The notes under the pieces are model-generated. The model was not told the origin of the DNA and did no database searches. It saw only the letters and a program-made list of their open reading frames with translations. A DNA stretch of 64,000 bases from Octopus vulgaris (taxonomy: Eukaryota), in the NCBI GenBank assembly GCA_951406725.2, contig OX597816.1:49476001-49540000 (forward strand). The letters run 5' to 3'. This document shows, one piece after another, positions 14,066 through 27,379 of the stretch; the first letter of the stretch is position 1, and each line of letters opens with the position of its first letter. A program made the translations under genes and the position numbers.

Positions 14066-14200
14066 TTAATTGTTGTTATTGTTATTGTTATTATTATTAT
14101 TATTGTTGTTATTGATATTGTTATTATTATTATTATTGTTGTTATTGTTATTGTTATTATTATTACTGTTGTTATTGTTATTGTTATTATTATTATTATC
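14066..14200. repeat. (TTA/TTG)n microsatellite, Dong target site
   Basis: Direct. Confidence 0.9.
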
Positions 14201-17200
14201 ATTTTTTTTTTCTTCTTTCAAATTTTCTTCCATTTCTTGCCGAGTGTCTTCCCGACTCCTAGGGCAAAGAAACTCATAGTGTATATTGGTAGGCCATTAA
14301 ACCAAACTCAGAAGTTCGTTCATTTTTTTTTTTTTTTTTTTTTTAAAGTTAGATTAAAATACATGAGCAGCAACAGTTCTCACATCGACAATGCTCTTCT
14401 CAATACGTGTGATGTACCAGTTAAGACAATCTTTTGCACTTCTTGCAGGGATGGTAAGCCAGGGATCATTCTCATATAATTTTCGGTTCCCTTCTTGATC
14501 ATTCCTAGTGCTCCTACGATCACTGGTATTGTAACCGCCTTGAGATGCCACATTTTCTCAATTTCAATGAGTAGGTCTTTATATTTTCTGAGCTTGTCAA
14601 ACTCTTTCGCTGAGATATTATGATCACAGGGGATGCTCATGTCGATCAATAAGCAAACTTTATTGTTTTGGTCTTTCACAACAATATCTGGTTTATTGGC
14701 CTTGATGGTTCGGTCTGTATGTACTGGAAAGTCCCACAGAATGGTTACATTTTCTCCTTCAGTTACAGCCTCAGGGTGGTGATTATACCACTTGTAGGCA
14801 GTTTTGATATTGTAATGCCGACTTATTAGCCAGTGGAGATATTGGCCAACTCTGTCATGTCTTAATTTATACTCCACTGGTGCTAAGACTTTACATCCAG
14901 AGATTAGGTGGTCCACTGTTTCAATCATGTCGTTTCAGAATCGGCATTTTGGGTCTGCTCCATTTTTCATCACATTGGCCTGGTAGTTCCGGGTTAATAG
15001 GCTTTGGTCTTGAGCAGCCAGGATGAAACCTTCGCTCTCTGCTTTTAGCCCTGAGCTCCGCAGCCACTGATGGGTTTGCTTCTGGTCAACATCAGCTTGT
15101 TTGCTGCGGGTCACATATTTGCCGTGCAGAGGTTTCTCCTCCCACCTATCAGCCAATTGCTCGTGCGCTTTTTTCATTGCCATCATTTTCACCTTCTTTG
15201 CAACAATAGTTGCCGTACTTCCCTCGGGTTGTTCAGTTTGGGTATCCTGCACGAGATCAATAGCAAATTTTTTGCTTTCCTTGATGATAGAATGAAGCTT
15301 CTTTCGTCTCTCGTGATTTTCCACGAGCTTTAGCATCCAGTCATTCGATATTTCGAGATATTTGGCCAGTCCAATTGTGGTTGTTTTGTAAGCTAGTTCA
15401 AATTGGATCAGGCCTCGACCTCCTTGGGCTCTGGGAAGGTAAAGGCGATCTACGTCTGCCTTTGGGTGGTGCATCCTATTACAACTCAGCAGCTTGCGTA
15501 TTTTTCTATCTATATTCTTTACTTCACTCATATTCCAGTTCAACACATTGTAGCTATAATTAACAACTGGAACTGCTAAGGAATTTATAGCTAACACCTT
15601 GTTACGTGCATTTAGTTCAGATTTCAGGACTGCACGAACTCTCCTATAACATTCCTTCCTGATTTTCTCTTTCATGCTTGCATGCTGAATACCAGAGCCT
15701 TCATTTATCCCTAAAAATTTGTATGTCTGTTCTTGCTCAAGCTCTCTTATGACTGTGTCAACATCTAACACAACTGAATTTGTGGTCTTCACTTTCCCTT
15801 TCTGGAAAGTGGCCTTGGCACACTTCTCAAGTCCAAAATCCATCCCGATGTCATCGCTGAATGCTTTCACGGTGCGCAATAGGCCTTCAAGTTCATTATT
15901 GTCTTTACCATAAAGTTTTAAGTCATCCATATAAAATAGATGGCTTATTTTTTTATTGGCAATTTTATACCCATACCCTGTTCTGTTTAATTCACTTGTA
16001 AGGGGTATTAGGGCTATGCAGAATATTAAAGGTGAAAGTGAGTCACCTTGAAAAATTCCACAGTTGATGTTTATATTTTCTGAGGCAAGTACTCCATTAG
16101 AGTGGTATAATTGGAGATTCGTATTCCACAACGACATATTGTGCTTCAGGAAGTTTGAAATCACAGGGGAAATTTTGAAGATGTCCAGCGATCTCAAGAT
16201 CAATGGATGCGGTATACTGTCGAAGGCCTTTTTATAGTCAATCCATGCGGTGCTGAGATTTCTGCGCTTGTTGTGACAGTTCTCAAGGATCATACGATTG
16301 ATTAGCAGTTGATCTTTGCATCCGTAAGAGCCTCGGCGGCACCCTTTTTGTTCAATGGGGAATATATCGTTCTTGTCCATGAATGCATATGTTTTCTCCG
16401 CCAGGATAGATGTTAGGATTTTATACGTGGTGGATAGACAGGTTATAGGCCGATAGTTTTTTGGAAGGTTGGTTTCGTTATTCTTTGGGAGTAGGTAAGT
16501 AATGCCACTTGCTAACCATTCAGGTGTTTTCTTTGGGTCTCTCAAAATTCCATTGAGCAGCTGAACTAGCTTACCGTGTGCGCACGGGAGCGATGCGAGC
16601 CAGAAATTCGGCACCCTATCTTTACCGGGGGATTTCCAATTATGGGCCTTCGTGAGTGCCTTTCTTAGGTCTGCTATTGTGATGTCTTCCCATGCTTGTT
16701 GTTGTAAATTTTGGTAGGATCCTTCAGTTTGTATAATCCAGTCTGCATTTATGTTGTACGTCTTCTTGTCACTCCAAATCCTTTCCCAAAAGTTTTGAAC
16801 TTCTTCCATGGGAGGGGGGTCTTTAACGGTTACTTTCTCCTTCCCTATTTCTCTGTAGAATTTTTTGGCATTGGATGTGAACAGCTTATTTTGCTTGTAA
16901 AACTTGTTTCTCTTCTCAAATCTTCGTATTCTTTGGGCTTTTGCTTGGACTTTTTGTTTCAGCGTTTCTTTTATTGATATCAGTTCTTCTCTTGGTGAGG
17001 ATCCAAATTTTCTCTTCATCTTTCTTCCTGTTCTGGATCTTACATCATTTCCACATATTAGTTCATTTAATATTGATATTTCCCCTCTCATAAATTCAAT
17101 CTCTTTTTCAATTTTACTTCTCCAGGTTTGATTTCTTCCCAGGTTTTGTTTTCTCTGTTTTTTCGGGGGCATACAGCTGGTTTCAATTGCCCTAGCAGAA

Positions 17201-18180
17201 GCGTAAATAATTTCATTTAACTCAGTAAAATCAGGTTTTAATTCTCGTATTATTTCATTTGTTACATAGTTGCCAATTTTGATTTGTTTTTTTATTTTGG
17301 TTTGTATTTGAGAGTTTATGAAGCGGTTCTCTATCATTCATACTTGTATGTCTTACAACTTCAAGCGTATTCGGGATTTTCTGCCTCATTTCTGCCATAG
17401 ACTGTCTGTGTTCTTCAGCAAATGCGAGATCTTCAGTTACTGTTGTTTTTTCGTTTTCCTGGCTATCTTTAACAGGTACAATAGAATTTCTTGTATCTTC
17501 AGGCCTTTGCGTACTTTGGTCAGATGGCAGTCTTTCAATTAAGCCTCGTGGCGGGCTATACTGTTCATCTGATTCTTCATTTCCTTTGTGTCTTATATTT
17601 ATGTCATTTTCCGTTGCGTGCTTGATCGCACTTATTTCACTGTCTGTGAGTCTGTTATTTCTAAAGATATCCCTCCTCACATTTGCTAATTTGTTCTCGT
17701 CCAAATAGGGCCTACTGTCTTGATTCCGTGTTCTCCATATACTGTAAGAGTTTGCGGTGTGTCTCTCTTGAGATGGCCTACCTAATGCATAGTAATAAGC
17801 GTATATTACTTCTTTATACTCTTCTCGGGTCCATTTGTTCCGCTTACATTTTTCTTTCTGTGGTGGTTGTGGTGGTGAACTTGGAGGGCTCGAGTTGGGG
17901 GATTTCCCGTTCAAGTGACCATCCATGTCCGTATTCGGAGAAGAGTTTGTGCCAGTTGATGACTTTTCGATCCCAGGCTGGCTCTTCCCTGGGGGACGCG
18001 CTTCCAGATTAACCATAGGACAAGCGATTTGGTATACTGATTTAGTTTTCCTTTTAGTTTCCAAAAACATTTTGGTGCTACGATAATGTTATCATTTTTT
18101 AGCTTTGATTGGCTCGTGGGGAGACGGCCATCATTGCCGTTACAATTATAATCGTACCATTATAGCAGCCGTAGTCGGCT
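14200..18180 (-). mobile_element. Near full-length Dong/R4-clade non-LTR retrotransposon
   Basis: Long RT-RLE reading frame, flanked on both sides by (TAA)n-type repeats, the known Dong target. Confidence 0.92.
14380..18070 (-). pseudogene. Dong/R4 polyprotein: N-terminal domain, RT, CCHC finger, restriction-like endonuclease; one frameshift and one stop
   Basis: KWTREE N-terminus; NYRPITCL, DYKKAFDS, GIFQGDSLSP, FYMDDLKLY; CRF*...HLISGC; RHD; KPDIV...LIDMSIP...K..KY. Frameshift near 17260-17337, TGA at 14935-14937. Confidence 0.92.
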
Positions 18181-18267
18181 TATTATTGTTATTATCTTCA
18201 CCATTACCATCACTATCATCATTATCACCACCATTACCATCATCATTATCATCATCACCATCATCAC

Positions 18268-18304
<37 letters not shown>

Positions 18305-18332
18305 GTTATTGTTATTATTATTATTATTGTTA

Positions 18333-18385
<53 letters not shown>
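18180..18385. repeat. (CAT/CAC)n grading into (TTA)n microsatellite
   Basis: Direct. Confidence 0.9.
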
Positions 18386-18387
<2 letters not shown>

Positions 18388-18600
18388 GGCGGTGAGCTGG
18401 CAGAATTGTTAGCACGCGGGTGAAATATTTAGCGGTATTTCGTCTGCTGCTACGTTCTGAGATCAAATCCCATGAGGTCAACTTTTCCTTTTATCCTCTC
18501 TAGGTCAATAAATTAAGTAATAGTTGAGTACTGGGATCGATGTAATCGACTTACCCTCCCCCAAATGTCAGGCCTTGTGCCTATAGTTGAAAGGCTTATT
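18386..18600 (+). mobile_element. SINE family A
   Basis: Complete from head to tail AGGCCTTGTGCCT. Confidence 0.88.
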
Positions 18601-18653
18601 ATAATTATCATTATTATTATTATTATTGTTATTACATATTTAATAGATAGCTG

Positions 18654-19082
18654 GGATCTTTTCGGTTTGAACAACAGTTTTTTCTAGCGGTGTCATATGA
18701 CATTGTCACCCATAATTATGACCCTGGTATCGATCTATTGCATTTCAATCTGTTTTAGGGTTAGGATTAGTTAGGGTTAGGGTTAGGGGTGGGGGAAGGG
18801 TATTTTTTTCCTTCACAAATGTAAATAAACCCAATCTGTTTCTTAAACGAGGGACATATTCACACGGCACAGAATGTTATTTAACAAAATGGGCGTCATC
18901 GAATTGTTGAAATTGCAGAAATCGAAGAAAAAACAACAAATATCTTACAAACTATATAATTTTCTCAATAAAGCCAAGAGAAAAAGATGTTTTATAAACA
19001 CATTCTACCTGAATACGAAGTTTAAATTGTTTTAGTTACCCAGAAATTGTGTTAAAACTGCCGTTCAAACCGAAAAAGATCC
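18654..19082. mobile_element. MITE with ~28 bp TIRs and internal TTAGGG repeats
   Basis: GGATCTTTTCGGTTTGAACAACAGTTTT / AAAACTGCCGTTCAAACCGAAAAAGATCC; TTAGGG-like units 18755-18788. Confidence 0.8.
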
Positions 19083-20306
19083 AATAGTTGTATAAAACCA
19101 TAGGACAGCATTGGTTCACATCAGTTTACGTTGAAATCTTTCCAGCATCGGTTGCATATATTTTAAACTCTGAAGGAAAAATAATGTAGTATATTATTTC
19201 TTTCATATTAGTGTAATCTTAGGATTTAGCATTCCTGTTCAGTGAAATGCAATTTCAACACCGCAGGAATCGCTAATTGAGTTATTACTGCTGCAACATA
19301 TGTCCGTTATCCAGTGAGCTAAACCTACAATACACAGTTCTCAAGAATCAAATCTACAACGCATGTTATAAAGTGAGACGTTAAACTCAGGATTTCCCAT
19401 TTGCCACACTTTTAAATGGATGCTTATATGAAATATCTCATTTTCTCCCTTTTATTAATTTATGTATTTAAACGAGTATTGGCTGGGTCTATGAATAAGT
19501 AATGTCATATATTAAATCTGACATTATTTAGTTATTCCAGAAGAAAAATTTATTGAAATTGTCTAATGTAATTTACACGCATTAGTTGCGTTAAATACTA
19601 ACATATTTGAATCATTTTGTAATAAAAGACAGATTTCACTTTCCTTTAAGTTTCTTCCTTGTAAATTTTGGCAAACATTCTATAATTAGAAGATGTTCGA
19701 ATTTGTTATGACTTTCTCGGAGACAGTTTGCCAAATGAATTCAGTAAATTTGTTAACCGTAGAAAGTCCAACCAAACATTCTTTTTATTATATTTTAACT
19801 TTCCGTTTGAAGCAACACTCTAAACTATTCCACCCACTTGATACGATAGAACTAATCATTAAACTTTTCTTACTTTGCCAAGCAATTAAAGTGAAAATGT
19901 TTTCGCTGTAATAAACAAATTCCATTAATTTGTTAGAGAAAGTGCGTAGTAAGCTGAAATCAATTGGCGATATCCTACCACAGTCTTACGGCCTTATACA
20001 CTACATGTCTCCTATTCTGTTTTTGCTTCTTCCCACCTCCCCGAGGAATAACTAGAATATGTCATTCATGCAGATATGTGTATTGTGTCTTGAATTAATT
20101 ATTAGGATATTATCAACAATTTCTTATCTGTTTCATCAATATTTTAATTATAATTGATTTAGCATACAAAAACCAATGCCGATCAAAACATACACGTTAA
20201 ACATAGTATTGTTCACATTGTTTCTTTTAAAGAAAAGTATGACTAGAGAAAATTGAAAACAGATATACTGCTTGAATAAGAAACCAATACTTCCGATATC
20301 CATAAT

Positions 20307-20379
20307 GTAAATGTTTTATAATCCAGCCGGAAAAGTAAATGTTTTATAATCCAGCCGGAAAAGTAAATGTTTTATAATC
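20307..20379. repeat. 28 bp tandem repeat, ~2.6 copies
   Basis: GTAAATGTTTTATAATCCAGCCGGAAAA. Confidence 0.85.
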
Positions 20380-20691
20380 TACTCACTAGACTCCAAATGT
20401 ATTCTACACAATTAATACAATGTATTGCCACAGAGCTCTGAGATTGTCAATGCTACATTCTCGAACGATAAATGCAACAATTCAGCGATTCTCTAATATA
20501 AGAAATATAAGGTTATTCAGCGGAATTGATTTGCATTCCCCCTTTAGGATGGTAGACGATAGACCAATCAATTTGAGTGTATTATTTACACTCAGGTTAC
20601 ATCTAACCATGCCCAATGCAGAGCATTCTGTGTCAGTAATCATCCCGTCACATCCATAATAAGATACACACGAATATCTACACCATATATA

Positions 20692-20927
20692 TGTTTGATG
20701 GCGGCGAGCAGTGAGAAACGTTAGCACGCCGGGCGAAATGCTTAGTAGAATTTCGTCTGCCGCTACGTTCCGGGTTCAAATTCCGCCGAGCTCGACTTTG
20801 CCTTTCATCGTTTCGGGATCGATAAATTAAGTACCAGTTACGCACTAGTGTCGATATAATCGACTTAATCGCGTTGTCCGTCCTTGTTTCTCCCCTCTTT
20901 GTTTAGCCCCTTGTGGGCAATAAAAAA
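20692..20927 (+). mobile_element. SINE family A with alternative tail and 20 bp TSD
   Basis: TSD GAATATCTACACCATATATA at 20672-20691 and 20928-20947; tail GCCCCTTGTGGGCAATAAA. Confidence 0.92.
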
Positions 20928-21248
20928 GAATATCTACACCATATATACGTCATGCCCGCCTGGCTTTCATTCTCTCTCTCTCTCTCTCATTTATATACTC
21001 AGACACATTATTATGAAAAGGTCGTTACTTTAAGCGGTTTTAAGTATATCAAGAAAATATATGCTCCTTAGAAAATTCAATTGTAAAGCTATAGCCAAAT
21101 ACATTGTAAAATATATGTTGATGAGTCTTTTACATTCAAGGTCAGAACATATCCATCCGGTGTGGGCGGGTGATTACATAAGATGTCAAAACGATTATTT
21201 CACACAAGCTCCTACATACATACATACATACATACATACATACATACA

Positions 21249-21282
<34 letters not shown>

Positions 21283-21356
21283 CATATATACATATATATA
21301 TATGAAAAAAACAAGTCAAGATAGAAAATGCTAAAATAATTTTATAAAGAACATTT

Positions 21357-21393
21357 CAGTACCGGTTTCGGTCATTTGAGACCTTTTCAACTG
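21357..21393 (-). ncRNA. Minimal hammerhead with U3-A8 core in a PLE remnant (~21303-21640)
   Basis: cag-UUGAAAA-gguc(ucaaau)gacc-GAAACCGGUA-cug; palindromic stem III ACCGGU. Confidence 0.65.
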
Positions 21394-22187
21394 TAACTAT
21401 TAAATAATTAAATTTATAAAAATTAAAAGAAAAGTTTTTTTAAAAGAATATTTGTATAGTGTTCAAATATAAGTGGCATTTTCCTTGTTTCTGCCTTTCT
21501 TTTTCTCTCTTGTTTACTCTTGTGGGTTCAAGGTCCATGTGAATTCTTGGTAGGGAAGATAAAACTCCGAGTTTTAGATGTCGGGGTGGAAATCCACGCC
21601 ACCATCTCTTCAGATATCTGGCCATCAGTAAAAATGCTATGAGCATTTTTTACGCTCGTAAACATCAAGCTCGTAAACATTACGCTCGTAAACCTCTAGC
21701 GTGTCACTAATTTGAGAAAAGATTTAGTCGTAAGACGGTTTGACGTCTATTTTTATCGTACACGGTATCCATATAGTGATCTATCATATTGTTCATTTTT
21801 AAGTAAAATTCACGGCCCTCGGACGTTTTTAAGTATGCTGATCACTATTTGAAATTGATATTATTTAATAATTTGAATTTCTACTTTTATTATGCATGCT
21901 ACTCAATTTCATTCAAAAGGTAAGATTATCTCCTACTAGGGCTTATCATTTAGACTTTCTCACGATTGCTACCAGTGGACAACAGTCTGGAGACACATTG
22001 TTGTGCCGCAGCATTCATGCCTGTGAGTGAGACCCGTGTGTATATGGGAAAATAAGATAAACTTTATGGCCCTTTTTTTTTTATCAAAATAAATGTCTCT
22101 AATATACAATTGAAAATGTGATATTTTAGTGAAGGCATTGGAAATGTAAATTACGAAGTATGAGCTTTAAGCAGTGATATGTATAAA

Positions 22188-22782
22188 TGCAATGTTACAA
22201 CCAGTTCAAACATGCTTATTGCACGTTTGGACTAATAAACAAGCCATTCCCTGTGTTGTGTCATGGAGAAAATTTCTCGCTGTTGACAATGGTTTAAATA
22301 CACCTTGATCAGATCGCAGCGGCCCCTTTCCAGACTGTGAGATGCAGAATTTCAGAGTAGTTATCTTCTTTTCGGTCACTAATAGATGGCACTGTGAAGT
22401 GATGAAAGAGAATGATTCTCTCATGGTTCCTAGTGCGCAGAACACACTGCGGACTAATCTAGGTGTACTTACACCAATGTCAACAGCATTTCGAAGCAAT
22501 TATCTCTTCTTCGGCTATACACCCTTGACAGAGGACATTGCGAACTGATGAAAGACAGTGATCCTCTTATACTATTTCAGTCAACATGCGATGACTGATA
22601 ACGCTATGCGGCGGCTCCTCGTAATTACATTGCGAAGTCTTGAAAGGGGGCGCTGCAAACTGATCTAGGTGTATTTACATTATTCTCAACAGCAAGAAGT
22701 TCTCCACGGCGAAATAGAGAGGATGGCTTGTTTATTAATCTAAATGTGCCTTAAGAATGTTTGAACCGGTACTAACATTGCA
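22188..22782. mobile_element. MITE/foldback element with ~160 bp imperfect TIRs
   Basis: TGCAATGTTACAACCAGTTCAAACA...AATAAACAAGCCAT mirrored at 22722-22782; inner arms ~22280-22345 and ~22628-22692. Confidence 0.8.
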
Positions 22783-22809
22783 CTGAAAAGGTGACTGAAA
22801 AATATTTAT

Positions 22810-23146
22810 TTATTTATTTTATGTGCCCTTTTCAAGCCTAGCCAGGCTCATGGGCCTGATTTCCCGGTTTCTGTGGCGCATGTGTTCCCCCCAGCTGGAT
22901 ATGTTCCCCGTGGCGTATGTGGCGTATGTGTTCCCCGCCAGTCCATCGAAGCGTTACTCAAGAAACAGGAAGAAAGTGTGAAAGTTGGGGCAAAAGAGTA
23001 CAACAGGGATCGCCACCACACCCTGCCGGAGCCTGGTGGAGCTTTAGATGTTTCCGCTCAATAAACACGCACAACGCCCGGAATCGAAACCGCGATCCTC
23101 CGACCGCGTGTCCGCTGCCCTAACATCTGGGCTATTGTGCCTCCAC
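22810..23146 (-). mobile_element. tRNA-derived SINE (third family)
   Basis: Minus-strand head GGAGGCACAATAGCCCAG...GGTTTCGATTCC (B box) and (AAAT)n tail. Confidence 0.75.
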
Positions 23147-24357
23147 AATTGAAAAAGTTGCCAGTATATAATTTCAGCTATTTGATTTTAAATATTTCTC
23201 ACTTAAATTTCATCGTTGTTTCTTTAACAATTGTTCAACGATGCGTTCTCCATTGAGGTTCAAAGATTTCTGACAATATGCAAACTTAATATATTAGATA
23301 GTCACCAACATTATGCGTATATGTAAATTCACTGAATGAGTTGTACAGTTTCCAATATCGTTCAAAAAAGTGCTGTCGAATTATGATGATTCCTTTGGAA
23401 TCGTATATTGCGTAAACGCACTGGACATCAGAAATTTTAAGAGGTTAAAAAAGTTTTTGTCGTTTTTGTTCCAAATCGACGGGATTTGAACTCAGGGCCT
23501 TGTCATTCATTCGTCAGCGATCAACTAATTACCAATCAAGTATTATACCCTTCCCACAAAATATGTTTAAAGTACAAACTACTTCATATGTGTGTTCCTG
23601 TATATGTGAGCGTGTATAAATGTACATATGTATACACAACCTCGGTCGAGGGTGTAAATATGTGTGTACAATCTTGGTCAAGAATTGTATATCGATTTTC
23701 CTTATTAGTTTTCCAAAATAATAGCTTAGTTTGATTTGAAGCGATCTGTAAAATACTTATATGTCATTCATCATTAGAAATGTGTCAATTTTTTGCCAAG
23801 TAATGATTAGCAGTAAAACTGTCACCATATATTTATGATGTAAAGTCATTCTACGAAAGACTAATAATATATTTACCGAAATTGAACAGTATATTACAAA
23901 TGAGAAAGATAGTTCGTTATTTGAAGTGTAATATTTGTCACATCACATATTTCTTCAGCCTTTGAAGGAGAACTGTGAGAAACCAGTCAATTCTCCTTCG
24001 TTGTAAGTATTATGTCAATACGTCGAAGCGGAAATTGCTACTAAATGAGTAATTATATAATAAATAGATTTTATGATATATTGCATATTTGTTTAATAAT
24101 ACAACTTCTTTAATCATAATAATTGATTTATCTTTTTTGTTCCCGTGTAAAGTATCTGTCAACAAACTACATGTAACAGTTGCTTCTCATATAAAATATG
24201 TGTTTAAGCATATAATGAAAACTTTACCGAGACTATCATTCACAATGAAGGTAGTAATTGATGCCGAGCTGAAGATGTTCAATTCACGAATAGACTGTAC
24301 GAGTTTAACAAGATGGAATGGCCAGCAGGGTTTCTTTTAGACACGTTTTTATATTGA

Positions 24358-24800
24358 TTTCAAATTTAGAACATGGCCAGGAATTTCAGGGAAGGGATTA
24401 AGTCGATTACCTCGACCACAATACTCGACTGATACTTATTCTATCGACCCCGAAATGTGGAAAGGTAAAATCGACCACGGCCGAATTTGAACGTAGAACG
24501 TAAAGACGGACAAAATCATACTACGCACTTAGCTCGGCGTGCTAACAGTTTTGCCAGCTACCCACCTTAAGTCAAGGTTTAATAGTAATTTCAAATTTTG
24601 GCACAAGGCCAGCAATTTCGAGGGAGGAGATAAGTCGATTACACCGACTCCAGTGTTCAAGTGTTGCTTATTTTACCAATCCCGAAAGGGATGAAAGATG
24701 AAGTCGAACTTGGCGGCGTTAGGACGCAGAACATAAGCACGGATGAAATACCACTAAGTATTTTCTCCCGTATGCTACCAATCCTGTCAGGACGCCGCCT
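24358..24800 (-). mobile_element. Two tandem family A SINEs
   Basis: Copies ~24358-24570 and ~24588-24800. Confidence 0.8.
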
Positions 24801-25287
24801 TTGTGCTATAGTTCAAATATTTAGAAATATGAAACATCGTAACATTTTGCCTGTCTTCCAGTTTAAGCTTAAACTTCCTAAGTTTCCGGTTTCACTACAA
24901 TCTTGGCATTAGCTTCCCCCAAATGTTAAATAATATTACGAATTTTTAATCCACTTAAATATGTTATCTATCCCGAAGGTTTGAGGTTAAAATACACCAA
25001 CAATCTACAACCATTTATTTTTATTTTCTGATTGCAGTACAATCTACAATCTACAATCATTCATTTTTATTTTCTGATTGCAGTACCAGTGATGGAAATC
25101 GACAACAATAACAGTAGTTTGACCCTCTCTCTACCTCTCATTCCTTCAATCTTTCTCTCTTTCTCTCTTTCTCTCTCGCTCGCTATCGGCAAACTCAAAA
25201 CACATGTACGCATATATGTGTGTGTGTGTGTGTGAGAGAGAGAGCGAGAGAGACAGACAGACAGACAGACAGTTAGACAGACAGAAA

Positions 25288-26119
25288 GAGGACGCATGGC
25301 CTAGTCGTTTCAGCTCTAGGGCGGTTGGTGCGTTGTGTTTTGAGCAAAAAACTTCATCTCACGCTGATCTGCGATCGCTTCGACACCTGTTGCGTGGTAC
25401 ATCATGCACATGTTCAGGCAACGTAGATTTGATGGAGGGAGTGAGCTAATGTACCGTGCATACATTTGAACACTATGAACAAATCATTTGTGCAGGTCGT
25501 TCGGCAAAAGCTGAACACTCAGACGTCGTCTAAGTACGGGATATTCCATTATACACACATACACACACACACACATGTATATGTGTATCATTTATCTTGG
25601 GACAACACCATTAAGGGTTTAGATCAACAAATCGGCTCCAGTACGTATTTCTAAAGAATGATACTTAGTCTAACGACTTCCGAGGCTATAGTAGAAAACA
25701 TTTGCTCCAGGTACCACGCAGCAGTGGGACGAAACTCCAGGGCACATTGTTCAGAAGCAAACGTCTTAGCACACAGTCATGCCCGCCTCTACATATATAT
25801 ATATATATATAAAAGAGAAGACCCCTTCGACCATGAATAACCATGGGATGGCTCCTAGAAAGTTACCCTCCGAGGCACAGGTCTGGGCAAGATTGTTTGT
25901 GGGAGGCCATCAGTCGCCTATGCATACCGGTCTCCCCTCACCACGCCACCAGTGTTATCCAAGGAAGAGGCGAGGCTGATACAGCCTGTCACCTGTGATG
26001 TCGCAACTCATTTCTATAGCTGAGTGAACTGGAGCAACCTGAAATAAAGTGTCTTGCTCAAGTATACAACACGCAGCCCGGTCCGGGTATCAAACGCACA
26101 ACCTCAAGATCGCTCTAAC

Positions 26120-26122
<3 letters not shown>
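25288..26122. mobile_element. Cluster of SINE fragments: + 25288-25530; family B - 25660-25790; tRNA-headed - 25812-26122
   Basis: tRNA-like heads; AAGTGTCTTGCTCAAG and CTGAGTGAACTGGAGCAA central motif. Confidence 0.6.
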
Positions 26123-26171
<49 letters not shown>

Positions 26172-26291
26172 TTATGTATATGCATATAATTATTATTAAG
26201 ATTATAATTTAAGGTATTTAAGAGATAACACAACACTGGAAATAGCAGCCAAAACTTGTCTCTAAAACCACATTAAATATTCATACAGCAC

Positions 26292-26349
<58 letters not shown>

Positions 26350-26484
26350 TCAATAAATGGTGGGGTTTGTGTTGACCGCACGTTGAGAAATGATAAGCAA
26401 GGAAAAATTGTAAAAATGCAGAATGCTCGATTGAAAGAAAATTTTAATGAAATGAGAAAATGAAAAGATATATAAATATATATT

Positions 26485-26526
26485 TATTCAAATCGGTTTT
26501 CGTCATAGTTTGACTTATCAAGAATA
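26485..26526 (-). ncRNA. Decayed minimal hammerhead with U3-A8 core in a probable PLE remnant (~26347-27170, TA-flanked)
   Basis: uauuc-UUGAUAA-guca(aacua)ugac-GAAA-ACCGA-UUU-gaaua. Confidence 0.5.
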
Positions 26527-27167
26527 GTTAGGTGAAAAAGTTTTTTTAAAAATGAGAAAGGGGAAAAAAGTTGCATTGTTTTTTGCAAAAGAATAATAAT
26601 AAATATGTATAAAAATTAAAAAATAAGTACTCCGATACATTGTGAGTTCGTTGTGTATCTTGAGTTTAGTGATTGTTCAAGAAAAAATTACCTTGAGGTA
26701 TTAGGATCCAATGGGATTAAGGCCATGTGTTGTTTGGTTTAATTTAGGATGTTGGCAAAACAGGAAGTAGTAGTAATTGTGGTTCTTCAGTTCCTGTGTT
26801 GTGAATAAGGGGAGACAACTCTTTTGAGTTCCTCAATAAAGGCTGCTGATAAACCCCAAATTATAAAATTGTCATTTTAGCTTCATTTGCATTATCTTTT
26901 TTATATAATTGTTTGTTAACTTAACTTTCAGATTTTAACACTTTATTTATATTATTTTCTAATTATATAAATTTGCATAGACAATTACATTTCAGATTGT
27001 TATATCATAAATAATAAAGATGATGGTAATAACAACAATAGTAAAAATGATATTTAAAGAATATAAGTTTTAGCTTGAAGTGATGAATCTATGGTATCCT
27101 TATATATTTGTGTGAGTCCATCCATGAAGAATGAGGTAGAAAAGGGAAGTTTGATCAGCGAGGAGTT

Positions 27168-27210
<43 letters not shown>

Positions 27211-27379
27211 TGAGAGAAGTGTTGGATAGTTTCATTGTTCCACTTACAGATTGTATTTATTTAGTTATTTATTAGGTGGTATGGATGTATGTACGTATGT
27301 ATGTGTGTATGTGCATATGTATGTATGCATGTAGGTAGACAGATAGATAAATTATTATGCATGTACGTAGTTGCTTTCA

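Noticed and set aside
14935-14937. In-frame TGA at a zinc-finger Cys as possible selenocysteine
   Set aside because: One substitution from TGC/TGT explains it, and no SECIS was recognised.
18071-18180. Possible HDV-like ribozyme at the Dong 5' end
   Set aside because: Could not assemble the nested double pseudoknot by eye; needs a descriptor search.
20307-20379. Short direct repeats as a CRISPR-like array
   Set aside because: No spacers, no cas genes, eukaryotic context.
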